Virus record (IMG/VR): IMGVR_UViG_3300049844_000277
Span: 36,520 to 100,519 of that record
From: a virus
DNA length: 64,000 nt
Strand: one strand, 5' to 3'
Position 1 is the first letter of the stretch; each line of letters starts with the position of its first letter. Below, one piece after another: positions 52,620-61,561 of this stretch. The translations under genes and the position numbers were made by a program. Under the pieces are notes generated by a model. It searched no databases. It saw only the letters and a program-made list of their open reading frames with translations, and was not told where the DNA came from.

Positions 52620-53651
52620 ATGGAACGTGCGTACGGCGTAGCAATTGCCTCCATCTATTTGGAGAAGCTGAAGTATCACGTCTTTCCTATTCGGCAGATA
52701 CTCGGAATAACGACTGGAGAACCCCGCTGTGACTGTACGGATGAAACGTGTCCGAACGTCGGAAAACATCCGCGAGTAGCGTGGTCTAAGAATACTGCGA
52801 CCGCGTCTGCTTGGGAACGTTGGCCAAATGACGGCTTTGGAATCGCAACAGGTGCGCGTTCGGGTATTTGGGTCTTGGATGTCGACCCGAAGAATAACGG
52901 TCCGGAGACACTACGGGTGCTCGAGCAGGCTCCAGGGCACGCTCCATTACCCAGGACAATAACCGTAAAGACGGGCTCGGGAGGGGAACATTACTACTTC
53001 CGATATCCTGGTCCGAATTACCGTAACACCGCCGGTGCGCTCGGGTTGGGACTAGACACGCGTGGTGACGGTGGATTCGTCGTTGGGCCTGGGTCACTGC
53101 ACAAGAGCGGGCGACGGTACACGTGGAAGCATGGGCCCGCCGATGCGCCGCTCGCCGATCCGCCTGAGTGGTTGCTCAAGTTGGTGAAGCAAACAGCCAA
53201 ATACCGGCGAGACGTGAACGTTGAAAAACAAGGGCTGCACACAGCACCTGTCCCACGCGCAGAGGCGGAATATCTTCTCGAAATAATGTTGGACCCGGAC
53301 TGCAGGCTAACGCAGTGGATGCGCACGTCTCCCGACGACGTCAGCCGAGAAACGTGGCGAGGATTTGCGACAAACCTCGCTTGCGCTGTAGTCGATCATC
53401 CTGAGTTGATCGAAAAAGCCTGCGAAGCGTTCCACGAAATCTCGTCCGGATATTCGCGCTATAAGGTTTCTGAAACGGAGCGAGTATTTAGAGATTCCGT
53501 AACAGTTGCACGGGTTTACGGCCCAATGTCGTTCGAGCACATGGTGAGGTCAGGAATGCCCTCAGAGCACGCTATTCCTCCCCACGCAAAAAACTTGTTG
53601 CACTCCGCGCAGTTGGAGATGCGGAGAAAAAGGCCTCGCAAGTCGGATTGA
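52620..53651 (+). CDS. Bifunctional primase-polymerase (Prim-Pol, archaeo-eukaryotic primase superfamily)
   Basis: YHVFPI...GKHPRVAW...GFGIATGARSGIWVLDVDPKNNG...TVKTGSGGEHYYFRYP...GLDTRGDGGFVVGPGSLHKSGRRYTW. ATG 52620 lies right after the upstream stop and a GGGAG. Confidence 0.8.
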   Translation: MERAYGVAIASIYLEKLKYHVFPIRQILGITTGEPRCDCTDETCPNVGKHPRVAWSKNTATASAWERWPNDGFGIATGARSGIWVLDVDPKNNGPETLRVLEQAPGHAPLPRTITVKTGSGGEHYYFRYPGPNYRNTAGALGLGLDTRGDGGFVVGPGSLHKSGRRYTWKHGPADAPLADPPEWLLKLVKQTAKYRRDVNVEKQGLHTAPVPRAEAEYLLEIMLDPDCRLTQWMRTSPDDVSRETWRGFATNLACAVVDHPELIEKACEAFHEISSGYSRYKVSETERVFRDSVTVARVYGPMSFEHMVRSGMPSEHAIPPHAKNLLHSAQLEMRRKRPRKSD

Positions 53652-53826
53652 AAAGTGGAATCCTCTCCGCTTCACACTTCACGCTTCGCGTCCGCGGCGC
53701 CTTCGAAAAACCTCGCCACACCCTTGCCGTCCGAACACATAAGCGGGTCTTCCCGTACCCACTCAGTCAAAGACGGCAAGGATGTGACGTAGGCGCCCCA
53801 CCATCCCCCACGGAAAGAGGAGCATA

Positions 53827-55728
53827 ATGCTGCTGCCTAGTCCTGCTGAGGTCAAAGAACTAATCGTCTCTGCAGCCTTTCAAAGCGATGCGTTCATCGT
53901 GGCAAAAGGCGAAAAGACGCAAACAATGAAGGATATAGAAGCTGAAAAAGCGGCCCACGCAATGGCGGCCCGTCAGTCTAGTGGTCTACCACAAAGTACA
54001 AACGCACTTCAAACTTCGCCAAACCCGGACCCTGCGCCACCTCCCGTAGTGGAGAAGTTGGCCGGGGTTCTTAAGTTCCTAATCCAGAATGACCCCGTAC
54101 TGCTAGCAAAAACGAAGATTGAATTCAAAAAGCATTTCACAGGAGTCCTGACAAAGGGAAAGCTCATCTTAGAGCCTCTTTGTGACTCCCTCTTCGATTC
54201 AGCATCGGCCGAAGACATCACCTACAAAGAATTACGTAAGTTGGGAATGCATCGGGGCGGGCAGATACCCGGCGTGGAGACGTTGGGCCGGTGGATTCGA
54301 AGTGAAGCGTATAGCCAGTGCGTACCCAACGGACCACTGACCGATGACTACGTCTCCTTAATAGTCTTACTCACGCTCGACCCTGAGCTTCTAAAGGGCA
54401 AGCTGGAGTGGGACGATATGAACAAGGCTATTACGATTAACAGAGAACCTATTGATTTAGCAAAGACAGTAAGTCGAATCCGTACGCAGATAGGGGATAC
54501 TTACTCTCAGGAAGTCGGACGCTTACGTAAAATGCGTCGAATCGTCCCCTCACATCAATCTGTAGAGCAAGCCCTGGAAGCCCTGGCGAAGGAAAATCCG
54601 TTCCACGCAACGAAAGAATGGATGGACGCGCTCCCTGCGTGGGACGGCGTCGACCGCATGCTTCCGCTCCTAAAGGCTATCAGAGGCTGGGTGGATACGT
54701 CTGCCATTGACATGCCGCAACATATAAAAGAAGAGCACGAAAGGATAAACAACCTAGCGCTGAAACAGCTAACCAAAACACTCATCGGCACGGTAGCTAG
54801 AACATACGAGCCCGGGTGTCAGATGGACACGATGTTAGTGTTAAAATCCAAGCAGGGGACCAAGAAATCCACATTATTCCGCGTACTGGCACCAGCAGGT
54901 AGGTTCTCGGCATCGCACGGTGAATTCGGGACTAAAGACTCCCGAATGGTATACACGAAGAATACCTGGGTAGAGATTGCGGAACTGAGTGGGATGCAAC
55001 GCAAAGAAATACAAACAATCAAAGCTGAAATCAGTGACCGCAGTGATGACTTCCGACCACCGTACGCTAAAGCTATCATCAATAACCCTAGGTGGTGCGT
55101 GCTCGTAGGGTCTACGAACGACGATAAGTTCCTGAAAGACCAGTCGGGGTCGCGTCGATTCTGGATTATCGTCATAGGAGACGACACGAAGGCGGATATG
55201 GTCTTCGTGGAGAACAATAAGCCACAGCTATGGGCACAGGCGGTGGCTCTCTATAAGGCTGCCCCTATGTGCCAGGACTGCCTCGCGCGGGCCGATGGGG
55301 AGACCCGCTGCCCGACGCACCGCTGGTGGCTTACCGACGAGGAGGACAGCTTCAGAGAGAAGTACAACGAGAACTTCACGGAAGTGGAACCCTACGTAGA
55401 GGCGCTCAGGGACTGGATGAGCAGCGCAATCTCGGACCGTCGTTCGTCGAAACAGGGGCTACACACGGCGGTAAAAAATACCGACCACATGACGGTCGCG
55501 CAATTTCTTCAGGAGGTCATTATGCTACCGCCAGAGAAGGTTTTTGATCGAATCCAGCAGGATAGAATGGCCCGAGCACTCAAAATTTGCGGATACACTA
55601 AAAAACACACAGAACACGGAAATATTTGGATAAGTCCAGGAATGCGCAATAGACCAGATTTGAAATTAGTCGCTAAAGAAAAAACAGAGGCGGTATCGGA
55701 GAATTTGACAAAAACGTCGGAACAATGA
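53827..55728 (+). CDS. VirE / D5-like primase-associated P-loop helicase
   Basis: Walker A reads LKSKQGTKKSTLF. Also WVEIAELSGM, FRPPYAKAIINNPRWCVLVGSTNDDKFLKDQSGSRRFWII. AAGAGGAG RBS. Confidence 0.75.
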   Translation: MLLPSPAEVKELIVSAAFQSDAFIVAKGEKTQTMKDIEAEKAAHAMAARQSSGLPQSTNALQTSPNPDPAPPPVVEKLAGVLKFLIQNDPVLLAKTKIEFKKHFTGVLTKGKLILEPLCDSLFDSASAEDITYKELRKLGMHRGGQIPGVETLGRWIRSEAYSQCVPNGPLTDDYVSLIVLLTLDPELLKGKLEWDDMNKAITINREPIDLAKTVSRIRTQIGDTYSQEVGRLRKMRRIVPSHQSVEQALEALAKENPFHATKEWMDALPAWDGVDRMLPLLKAIRGWVDTSAIDMPQHIKEEHERINNLALKQLTKTLIGTVARTYEPGCQMDTMLVLKSKQGTKKSTLFRVLAPAGRFSASHGEFGTKDSRMVYTKNTWVEIAELSGMQRKEIQTIKAEISDRSDDFRPPYAKAIINNPRWCVLVGSTNDDKFLKDQSGSRRFWIIVIGDDTKADMVFVENNKPQLWAQAVALYKAAPMCQDCLARADGETRCPTHRWWLTDEEDSFREKYNENFTEVEPYVEALRDWMSSAISDRRSSKQGLHTAVKNTDHMTVAQFLQEVIMLPPEKVFDRIQQDRMARALKICGYTKKHTEHGNIWISPGMRNRPDLKLVAKEKTEAVSENLTKTSEQ

Positions 55729-55788
55729 ACTTATTAAAAAACAATAGGTGTAAGCAAGTTTCGGGCCAACAAACTTTTTCAAAAATTC

Positions 55789-56125
55789 CTGAAAGGGGCG
55801 TTCAGCCGCAAATGTCCGTAATTACTAAAACTCGAAGAAAAACCTGAACAGGCTGAATGCCCTGACATGGTGCTTCTTATATAAGCATGGAGTAACAGGG
55901 GTATTACTGACCCACCCTGGGTCATTTTTGACGGACACTGGGTATAAAGTTCAGAAACATATTCAGGGTATTCAGGTATTCAGTTATCCAATAAAATCAA
56001 GTACTTAGAACGAAAAATGGCTGAATACCCCCTGAATATCCCCCCCTATGGCACCAGAATTGCTTGTGCGGTCAAAATCGAACTTTCTGGGCTATTTTCT
56101 GGGCTATTATTTTGTTCAGTATTCC
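55789..56125. repeat. Iteron-like array built on a TTCAG/CTGAA core
   Basis: Three direct (A/G)TATTCAG units lie at 55959-55983. Two inverted units, CTGAATAC and CTGAATAT, lie at 56021-56039 across an AT-rich spacer. CTGAACAGG-CTGAATGCC-CTGACATGG lies at 55844-55870, and further TTCAG/CTGAA copies lie at 55789, 55801, 55950 and 56115. Confidence 0.6.
56085..56108 (+). repeat. Perfect tandem duplication TTCTGGGCTATT x2
   Basis: Read directly at 56085-56096 and 56097-56108. Confidence 0.9.
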
Positions 56126-56436
56126 TTTTAACCAAATGCCCGAACTGGCGAACATTGATCACGTGCCATCCCGCGCGCCCAACATTGATCCCGTGCTGTC
56201 CGAGCCGACCCTCAGCGGGGTCAAGCTCCCGTGCTGTCCGCGCCAGCCTCCGGCCGGCCCCGCTTCCGCAAGGGAAACCTTCCCGACGTCCCGACGAAGA
56301 CTATACCCTAGCCTAGCCTTATCCTCCACCCCCGTCCCCACTCTCGCTGTAGCCGTAGATTTCCTGGCAAGTCTCGCCAAAGGCCTCCAGCGGGCCGTAG
56401 GACCGACGAACCGGCGTAACCCGGTCCGACCCCTTG

Positions 56437-56482
56437 CCCGACCCCCGAACGTCGCTCCTGCGCCCGCCTAGGCCCCTTCCCG
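56437..56482 (+). repeat. 46-bp exact direct repeat, copy 1 (C-rich island)
   Basis: CCCGACCCCCGAACGTCGCTCCTGCGCCCGCCTAGGCCCCTTCCCG. Confidence 0.9.
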
Positions 56483-56561
56483 CCGGTCCGCCGAATCCGC
56501 CTCAAACCGCCCTGAGTGGCCTCCAGGCGCTCAAACGCCCCAGACCCGACCCAAGACCCTA

Positions 56562-56607
56562 CCCGACCCCCGAACGTCGCTCCTGCGCCCGCCTAGGCCC
56601 CTTCCCG
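56562..56607 (+). repeat. 46-bp exact direct repeat, copy 2
   Basis: Identical 46-mer located 125 bp downstream of copy 1. Confidence 0.9.
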
Positions 56608-56645
56608 GCCTAGACTCGAGGGGAACTCTCGCCGGGAGAAGACCC

Positions 56646-56870
56646 TTGAAGCCCCTACCCGCCCTGACGCTTCGCGACGTCCTCAAGAACGAAATTGAAA
56701 ACGATCGACGGAACGTCGAACAGATTTCCGTCTCTCGCCAGGATTCAGTTAACCGTTCAATCGCCATATGTGCGCGCCGGTACATCGAAGCGCTGGACTT
56801 TGGCGATGAAACGTTGTTGTTTGATGCCGAAGATAATTTGCGGCTTGCGCTTGATAACGTTCGTTCTTGA
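56646..56870 (+). CDS. Hypothetical small protein (TTG start, uncertain)
   Basis: ORF of 74 aa with protein-like composition (…RDVLKNEIENDRRNVEQISV…). It contains no ATG. Confidence 0.3.
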   Translation: MKPLPALTLRDVLKNEIENDRRNVEQISVSRQDSVNRSIAICARRYIEALDFGDETLLFDAEDNLRLALDNVRS

Positions 56871-56888
56871 TTATTCGCTTACTTCAAA

Positions 56889-57446
56889 ATGTTATTTCTC
56901 GGAGTCGATCAATCACTACGCAGCTCCGGAGTGGCTGTCATTTCCGAGGAACAAGAATCTGTCTATCTTGGGCGTATAGCCCCTGCTAAGCTTTCAGATG
57001 CACCAAGGTTGGCTGCAATAAGAGACGCATTACAGACACTCATTACTACAACACCAGACATCCGCTTTGCCGCGCTAGAAGGGTACGCGTATGACGTTGG
57101 CGCTGGTAGAGTGTTTGAGCTGGGTGAAGTTGGCGCTGTTGTTAAGTTGGCGCTTTATGACGCTAAAATCCCGTTTATCGTCGTTCCGCCGGCCTCTCTA
57201 AAGCAATTCGTAGCTGACCACGGCAACGCCAATAAGACGCAAATGCGGATATCTGTATTACGTCGTTGGGGTTATGACATTACCCAGGACGACGAATGTG
57301 ATGCCTTTGGTTTGGCGCAAGTCGCTAGAGCTGTACACCTTAACAAGGGCACGACTCGCTCCGAACTCGAAGTACTGAAGAAGCTACGTACAACAGACAA
57401 GAAGGTTTCTTTAGTCAGCTTCAAGACCCGATTCCCTTCCATCTAA
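56889..57446 (+). CDS. RuvC-like Holliday junction resolvase (phage type)
   Basis: MLFLGVDQSLRSSGVAVI (first Asp), ALEGYAY (Glu), DECDAFGLAQVA (Asp..Asp). Confidence 0.7.
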   Translation: MLFLGVDQSLRSSGVAVISEEQESVYLGRIAPAKLSDAPRLAAIRDALQTLITTTPDIRFAALEGYAYDVGAGRVFELGEVGAVVKLALYDAKIPFIVVPPASLKQFVADHGNANKTQMRISVLRRWGYDITQDDECDAFGLAQVARAVHLNKGTTRSELEVLKKLRTTDKKVSLVSFKTRFPSI

Positions 57447-57458
57447 GAGAATAAGAAT

Positions 57459-57659
57459 ATGCGTTGCTCCAACTGCGAATCCCCGATGAAGGATGTCGAC
57501 GGTATGACTGTTCGGCTTAATAAGGACAATACAGCCCTCACGCATCTCTGCGGTGAGTGTATCTCAGGAGTTTTGACGCTTAAGATTGTCTTGTCCCGTC
57601 AGCGGGCGCAGGATTCGTTTACGTTTTCTGGTTATTTGCCGGTAGCGTCGGAGAGGTGA
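57459..57659 (+). CDS. Small zinc-ribbon protein
   Basis: CSNCES ... CGEC in 66 aa. Confidence 0.4.
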   Translation: MRCSNCESPMKDVDGMTVRLNKDNTALTHLCGECISGVLTLKIVLSRQRAQDSFTFSGYLPVASER

Positions 57660-57886
57660 GTGAGAGTGAGGAGCTTATGAGCAAGAGACGTTGCATCGAG
57701 TGCGAAGAAATAATTCCACCGGATTCTCTTTTTTACCGAGTGACTCGCCCAGGAGACCAAGCCATTGAGAGCTGCTGTGCGCGATGTGTTCCGAGCTTAC
57801 GGGCTCGCGTGAAGGCCGCCAATGCTTTGTACGTGGAATTCGGTCGCGCCGATGAGGTGGCTCCTTTACCGCAGCCGGTGAACTGA
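57656..57886 (+). CDS. Small zinc-ribbon protein
   Basis: CIECEE ... CCARC. GTGA overlap with the upstream gene; alternative ATG at 57677. Confidence 0.4.
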   Translation: MSESEELMSKRRCIECEEIIPPDSLFYRVTRPGDQAIESCCARCVPSLRARVKAANALYVEFGRADEVAPLPQPVN

Positions 57887-57889
57887 ACG

Positions 57890-58375
57890 ATGCCTCTTTT
57901 ACCGAGTACATTGTCGTCCGGACTCATAAAGCTCGACGACCCGAGTGGTCCCAATCCCAAGAACATCCCTGCGGTAGCGCAGGCTTGGTTTAATCTTTGG
58001 TGGGACTATGCGCAGAACATGACGTACTTGGTTCCTGGAGGCGGCGGACGGCCTCTCGTCGAAAGTTCGTTCAAATCAATTTTGATGGGCGGGCTTTCAC
58101 CGGTTCCTGTGCCGATAACTTTCTTTGTAGCTTTGGGCACAGCGATGTTGGCGGCGTGGGCGACGCTAGGAACTCCGGCGACTCTCACACCGCCGATTGT
58201 ATCCCTGATTCCGCAGCCCGTACCGTTTGCACCAGCGGGCGTCGCAATAGTTCCAATCGGGATGGCATCAAAAGATAAGAAGCTTCCTCGGGCGGCGCTA
58301 GCGACGCTCATTCATACGTGGACAATCACAGCGCAGGCCGTTGGTCCCAGCGGTCCTGTGGGGCCTATCTCGTAG
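57890..58375 (+). CDS. Hydrophobic/membrane-like hypothetical protein
   Basis: Hydrophobic stretches include FFVALGTAMLAAWATLG and AGVAIVPIGM. Confidence 0.4.
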   Translation: MPLLPSTLSSGLIKLDDPSGPNPKNIPAVAQAWFNLWWDYAQNMTYLVPGGGGRPLVESSFKSILMGGLSPVPVPITFFVALGTAMLAAWATLGTPATLTPPIVSLIPQPVPFAPAGVAIVPIGMASKDKKLPRAALATLIHTWTITAQAVGPSGPVGPIS

Positions 58376-58699
58376 GTGACCGGGATGATTATCAGTGAAC
58401 GCGACGGGTGGGTAAACCCACGCCACGCATCCGTTGTTTATGATTTGTTCTGCCGCAACTGCTGTTTACCACGCTCGAAGCACGTCGACGGTAAGTGCTT
58501 ATTTGATTCTACCTCTTTCGAGTTTGCATCTCTGGAGCGACAAATATCACTCGCTTGCGCGCAGATGTTTGAAGGTAGGCCGGCTACTGAGCGTACGCTG
58601 GATATAGTCCAGCAGTACGCAGCTTATTTGCGAAGGGATTTATGTCTCTTGGGGTTTACAGAAAAGAATCCAACTGGAATACAGTTTAAACATGTCTGA
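58376..58699 (+). CDS. Hypothetical protein (107 aa)
   Basis: ORF contiguous with its neighbours. No motif recognised. Confidence 0.4.
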   Translation: MTGMIISERDGWVNPRHASVVYDLFCRNCCLPRSKHVDGKCLFDSTSFEFASLERQISLACAQMFEGRPATERTLDIVQQYAAYLRRDLCLLGFTEKNPTGIQFKHV

Positions 58700-58943
58700 T
58701 ACTTCCGATGCGGTTGCGTATTTTCGAGACCGAGAGAAATTTTTATTCAAGCGTAGTTTGAATGAACTCTTCTCCGAGCAGGAAGCAGTGTGGGAACGCC
58801 ACTCTCGCACACTCGACCGATTCAATAGATTGACCGACGTAACGGCGGTGACCAGTGAAAATACAGTAAATATGGTAGCGGTTGATGTGTCGGGGAAGGG
58901 AATCTATTCCTCGGATGTTGGGGTATTTTTTCTAAGTCGTTAA
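58692..58943 (+). CDS. Hypothetical protein (83 aa)
   Basis: The ORF overlaps the upstream stop by 8 nt. Confidence 0.4.
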   Translation: MSDTSDAVAYFRDREKFLFKRSLNELFSEQEAVWERHSRTLDRFNRLTDVTAVTSENTVNMVAVDVSGKGIYSSDVGVFFLSR

Positions 58944-58955
58944 AGGAGTCTTAAA

Positions 58956-59867
58956 ATGTCTGCTCAAATTGTTCCGTTTCAGTTCGAAGGCGAAGAAGAA
59001 GTTCGAGTCATCATGAAGAACGGAGAGCCGTGGTTCGTTGCTTCAGACCTGTGTCGGGTCCTGGACATCAAGGACGTCTCCGTCGCCGTACGTAACTTCC
59101 CGGAATCACTGATTGGTCGGTGTTTAACACCGACGAGCGCGGGGGAGCGAGAAGCCATTACCCTCAGCGAAGCCGGCATGTGGCGGCTGGTCATGCGCTC
59201 CGACAAGCCCAAGGCCCTCGAGCTCCAACAGTGGCTTTCGGAGCACGTACTTCCGAGTATTCGTAAGACCGGTGTGTACTTTGCCGGGATTTCTCCTGAA
59301 TCGCTGAAAAGCCAGCGCGTTCAGCACGCTATTCAGCTCGTACACCTCACTGCTGAATTCGAGTTAGCACAGGAGCAACTTAACGAACATACCCGGCAAC
59401 TGATTCGGCAGAATCAGGCTCTCAATAAGCATGAACAACAGTTGAAGACCCTCGAAGAGACAACGGCCATCATCGACGACTACGTCACCATTAAGGGAGC
59501 CGCAAAGAAGCTCGGGGTACGCATCGATTCAACTCTCGCTGGAATGATGGGTAAAGTCGCAGCGACCCGAACTAAGCAGCGGGGGTTACTCATTCGAGAT
59601 GTTGCTGATTTACAACACGGAACAGTGCACGCATATCCTCGAGAAATCGCGGAAGAGGCAGTGCTGTTTGTAACGGCGAATGAACCACAGCGGCTCATCG
59701 AAAAACAAGAAGCCGCAGCGAAGAGGGAAGCGAAGAAGCTTGAGCAGATGAAGGAGGAAGCTAGCGCAGTTCCTACTTCTAACGGAGCGTCGAAGCATAG
59801 GCTCCAATTTATCGATCTTCCGGATGACGCATTTTTGAAGGAAGATGATAAGTCGACCATACAATGA
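58956..59867 (+). CDS. BRO-N domain protein (antirepressor-like)
   Basis: QIVPFQFEGEEEVRVIMKNGEPWFVASDLCRVLDIKD...WRLVMRSDKPKALELQQWL. AAAGGAG RBS. Confidence 0.7.
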   Translation: MSAQIVPFQFEGEEEVRVIMKNGEPWFVASDLCRVLDIKDVSVAVRNFPESLIGRCLTPTSAGEREAITLSEAGMWRLVMRSDKPKALELQQWLSEHVLPSIRKTGVYFAGISPESLKSQRVQHAIQLVHLTAEFELAQEQLNEHTRQLIRQNQALNKHEQQLKTLEETTAIIDDYVTIKGAAKKLGVRIDSTLAGMMGKVAATRTKQRGLLIRDVADLQHGTVHAYPREIAEEAVLFVTANEPQRLIEKQEAAAKREAKKLEQMKEEASAVPTSNGASKHRLQFIDLPDDAFLKEDDKSTIQ

Positions 59868-59946
59868 GCTAGGAACGCCCGTGCCTATTTCGGCGGATCT
59901 CGATGTTGAATAGTTCTGAAGAGACGATTATTTTACGGGGAATCTA

Positions 59947-60339
59947 GTGAGTATTAAGGAACAGTTAAAGAAGTACACAAAGGCGCATCACCGGTTGGAA
60001 TGGTTAGCCCGGGTTGAGGTTATACAGGAAGAGGCAGCTAAGGACGCGTATGGAGCTGCGGAGGAGATTCGTACTCGTCAGTTAGAAGTAATAACCCATT
60101 TGCTAAAGGCTGAATCTAGTAGCAAGCTCATTACGGAGCTGAAGCAGATTCGCGAACAGCGCGCGAATGACGATGATTGCGCGGATGAGACGGGAATGGA
60201 GACGTTGTGGGAGTTGGTTACGCATGGGGCTGCAGGACTTCATCACGATTTGGATTTCTCCAATAGGCGGAAACTGGACGCGTATGTTCGCGTTCTCAAC
60301 GGGATTCTTCGTATGGCTACGAAGGGGTCTGAGTACTGA
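59947..60339 (+). CDS. Hypothetical helical protein
   Basis: ORF of 130 aa with GTG start. Confidence 0.4.
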   Translation: MSIKEQLKKYTKAHHRLEWLARVEVIQEEAAKDAYGAAEEIRTRQLEVITHLLKAESSSKLITELKQIREQRANDDDCADETGMETLWELVTHGAAGLHHDLDFSNRRKLDAYVRVLNGILRMATKGSEY

Positions 60340-60376
60340 GTTCCCGGGAATCACTTTTTATTGAAAGGAGTTTTAC

Positions 60377-60691
60377 GTGGCTCTATCGACCGCATCACAC
60401 CAGTTTCAGGATTTGGGCGAGGTACGTACGGTGGTTAAGCAGGGAGAACCGTGGTTTGTCGCGGAAGATTTGTGTCAGATGCTGGGGGTAGAGGATGTTC
60501 CAGGAGCTGTTGCGCTCATTCCACGTGTTTTAAGGGAGACTGTGGAGGTTGAGACTTTAGATGGGCCGGAGCAGGCGGTGGTTCTTCGTGAATCTGGTAT
60601 GCATTTATTGGTGCAAAGAGCCAATTCGATTAATTCACTGCCCCTTCGTACGTGGTTGAAAGAAACCATTATTCCGAGCATTGAAGTGTGA
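60377..60691 (+). CDS. BRO-N domain protein, short paralogue
   Basis: FQDLGEVRTVVKQGEPWFVAEDLCQMLGVEDV...LRTWLKETIIPSI. AAAGGAG RBS with GTG start. Confidence 0.65.
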   Translation: MALSTASHQFQDLGEVRTVVKQGEPWFVAEDLCQMLGVEDVPGAVALIPRVLRETVEVETLDGPEQAVVLRESGMHLLVQRANSINSLPLRTWLKETIIPSIEV

Positions 60692-60972
60692 GCAAAGAAC
60701 AGCAGCTCCAGGGAATTACGCCGTACGTACTTAGATTGAGCGCTCACTACGCTGCGTTGGGCATCGGTACGTATTACCCAAAGGGCTATAGCCAGTTCGA
60801 TCGTGTTGAAGTAGGTGTCAAGCAACCTTGGCAACCAGGCAAGCTCTTCACCGAGTCTTGTCTGATTCTCGAGGTTGCTTTTTTTAGCTCTAACGAGATG
60901 CTTCGCTACGTGGAGTTCGCACTGACGCCGGCTGGGTTTGGTGGGCGGCCGATCGTCAAAGAGATTAAGTGA
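60688..60972 (+). CDS. Hypothetical protein (94 aa)
   Basis: GTGTGA start/stop overlap with the BRO-N gene. It competes with an antisense ORF at 60475..61011. Confidence 0.35.
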   Translation: MSKEQQLQGITPYVLRLSAHYAALGIGTYYPKGYSQFDRVEVGVKQPWQPGKLFTESCLILEVAFFSSNEMLRYVEFALTPAGFGGRPIVKEIK

Positions 60973-60979
60973 GTTATCG

Positions 60980-61396
60980 CTATAATCCGAACACGCTACT
61001 CGCCGCATCATATCCTTGTCGGTAAGCAGCAGGGTCTCCCGCCTTCTTCACCTCTTCGTAGAGCCCGCGGACCTTCTTGTCGCTCTTGTTCGCCTCGTCG
61101 TGCGCGGTCTCGTAGTTCATCCCACGGTTCTTCATCAGACGATGCTCGATGGCCTCGTGAATGACCGTTGAGACGCGGTCCTTAGGGGAGAGGTTCTTCT
61201 CCACCCACATCTCGCCTTTCGGGATGTACGAGTACCGCGAAGGGTTCCCGCCCATCGTGAAGTCGGTGTCGATGTCGTCCCGGACCTTCGTTCCGTCCAC
61301 CGTCTTTATTTTTAGCTCGTCGGGGCCTGAACGGGGCGCAGTGTCGCGGCGTTTTTCATCTGCTATTTTGGTGAGGTTCGTTGTTCTCGTAACCAT
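60980..61396 (-). CDS. Small HExxH-motif protein (possible minimal metallopeptidase)
   Basis: STVIHEAIEHRLM in a 138-aa ORF. Nothing else recognised. Confidence 0.35.
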   Translation of the reverse strand: MVTRTTNLTKIADEKRRDTAPRSGPDELKIKTVDGTKVRDDIDTDFTMGGNPSRYSYIPKGEMWVEKNLSPKDRVSTVIHEAIEHRLMKNRGMNYETAHDEANKSDKKVRGLYEEVKKAGDPAAYRQGYDAASSVFGL

Positions 61397-61561
61397 TTCT
61401 TAGTTTAGTTCATTTTGAGTAGGCTTAATTCCTTGGCGACTGTTACGGAATATCCTGAAATTCTTGTCCGGTACCCGCGACGTTGACAACTTCATGCCGC
61501 TGCCCGGTTAGGTTTGTGATGGATAGTCGTACCATGTAGAGAGTATAGCTATACTCCCTCC

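Noticed and set aside
56017-56505. Several overlapping ORFs (99, 135, 73 and 65 aa) in the C-rich island.
   Set aside because: The frames overlap each other on both strands. The products are Pro/Arg/Ala/Gly-rich, as expected by chance in GC-rich DNA. Exact DNA repeats run through them. I treat the region as non-coding.
56437-56607. Possible CRISPR array, suggested by the exact 46-bp direct repeat.
   Set aside because: There are only two copies, the 79-bp spacer is itself of the same C-rich composition, and there are no cas genes. This does not meet array criteria.
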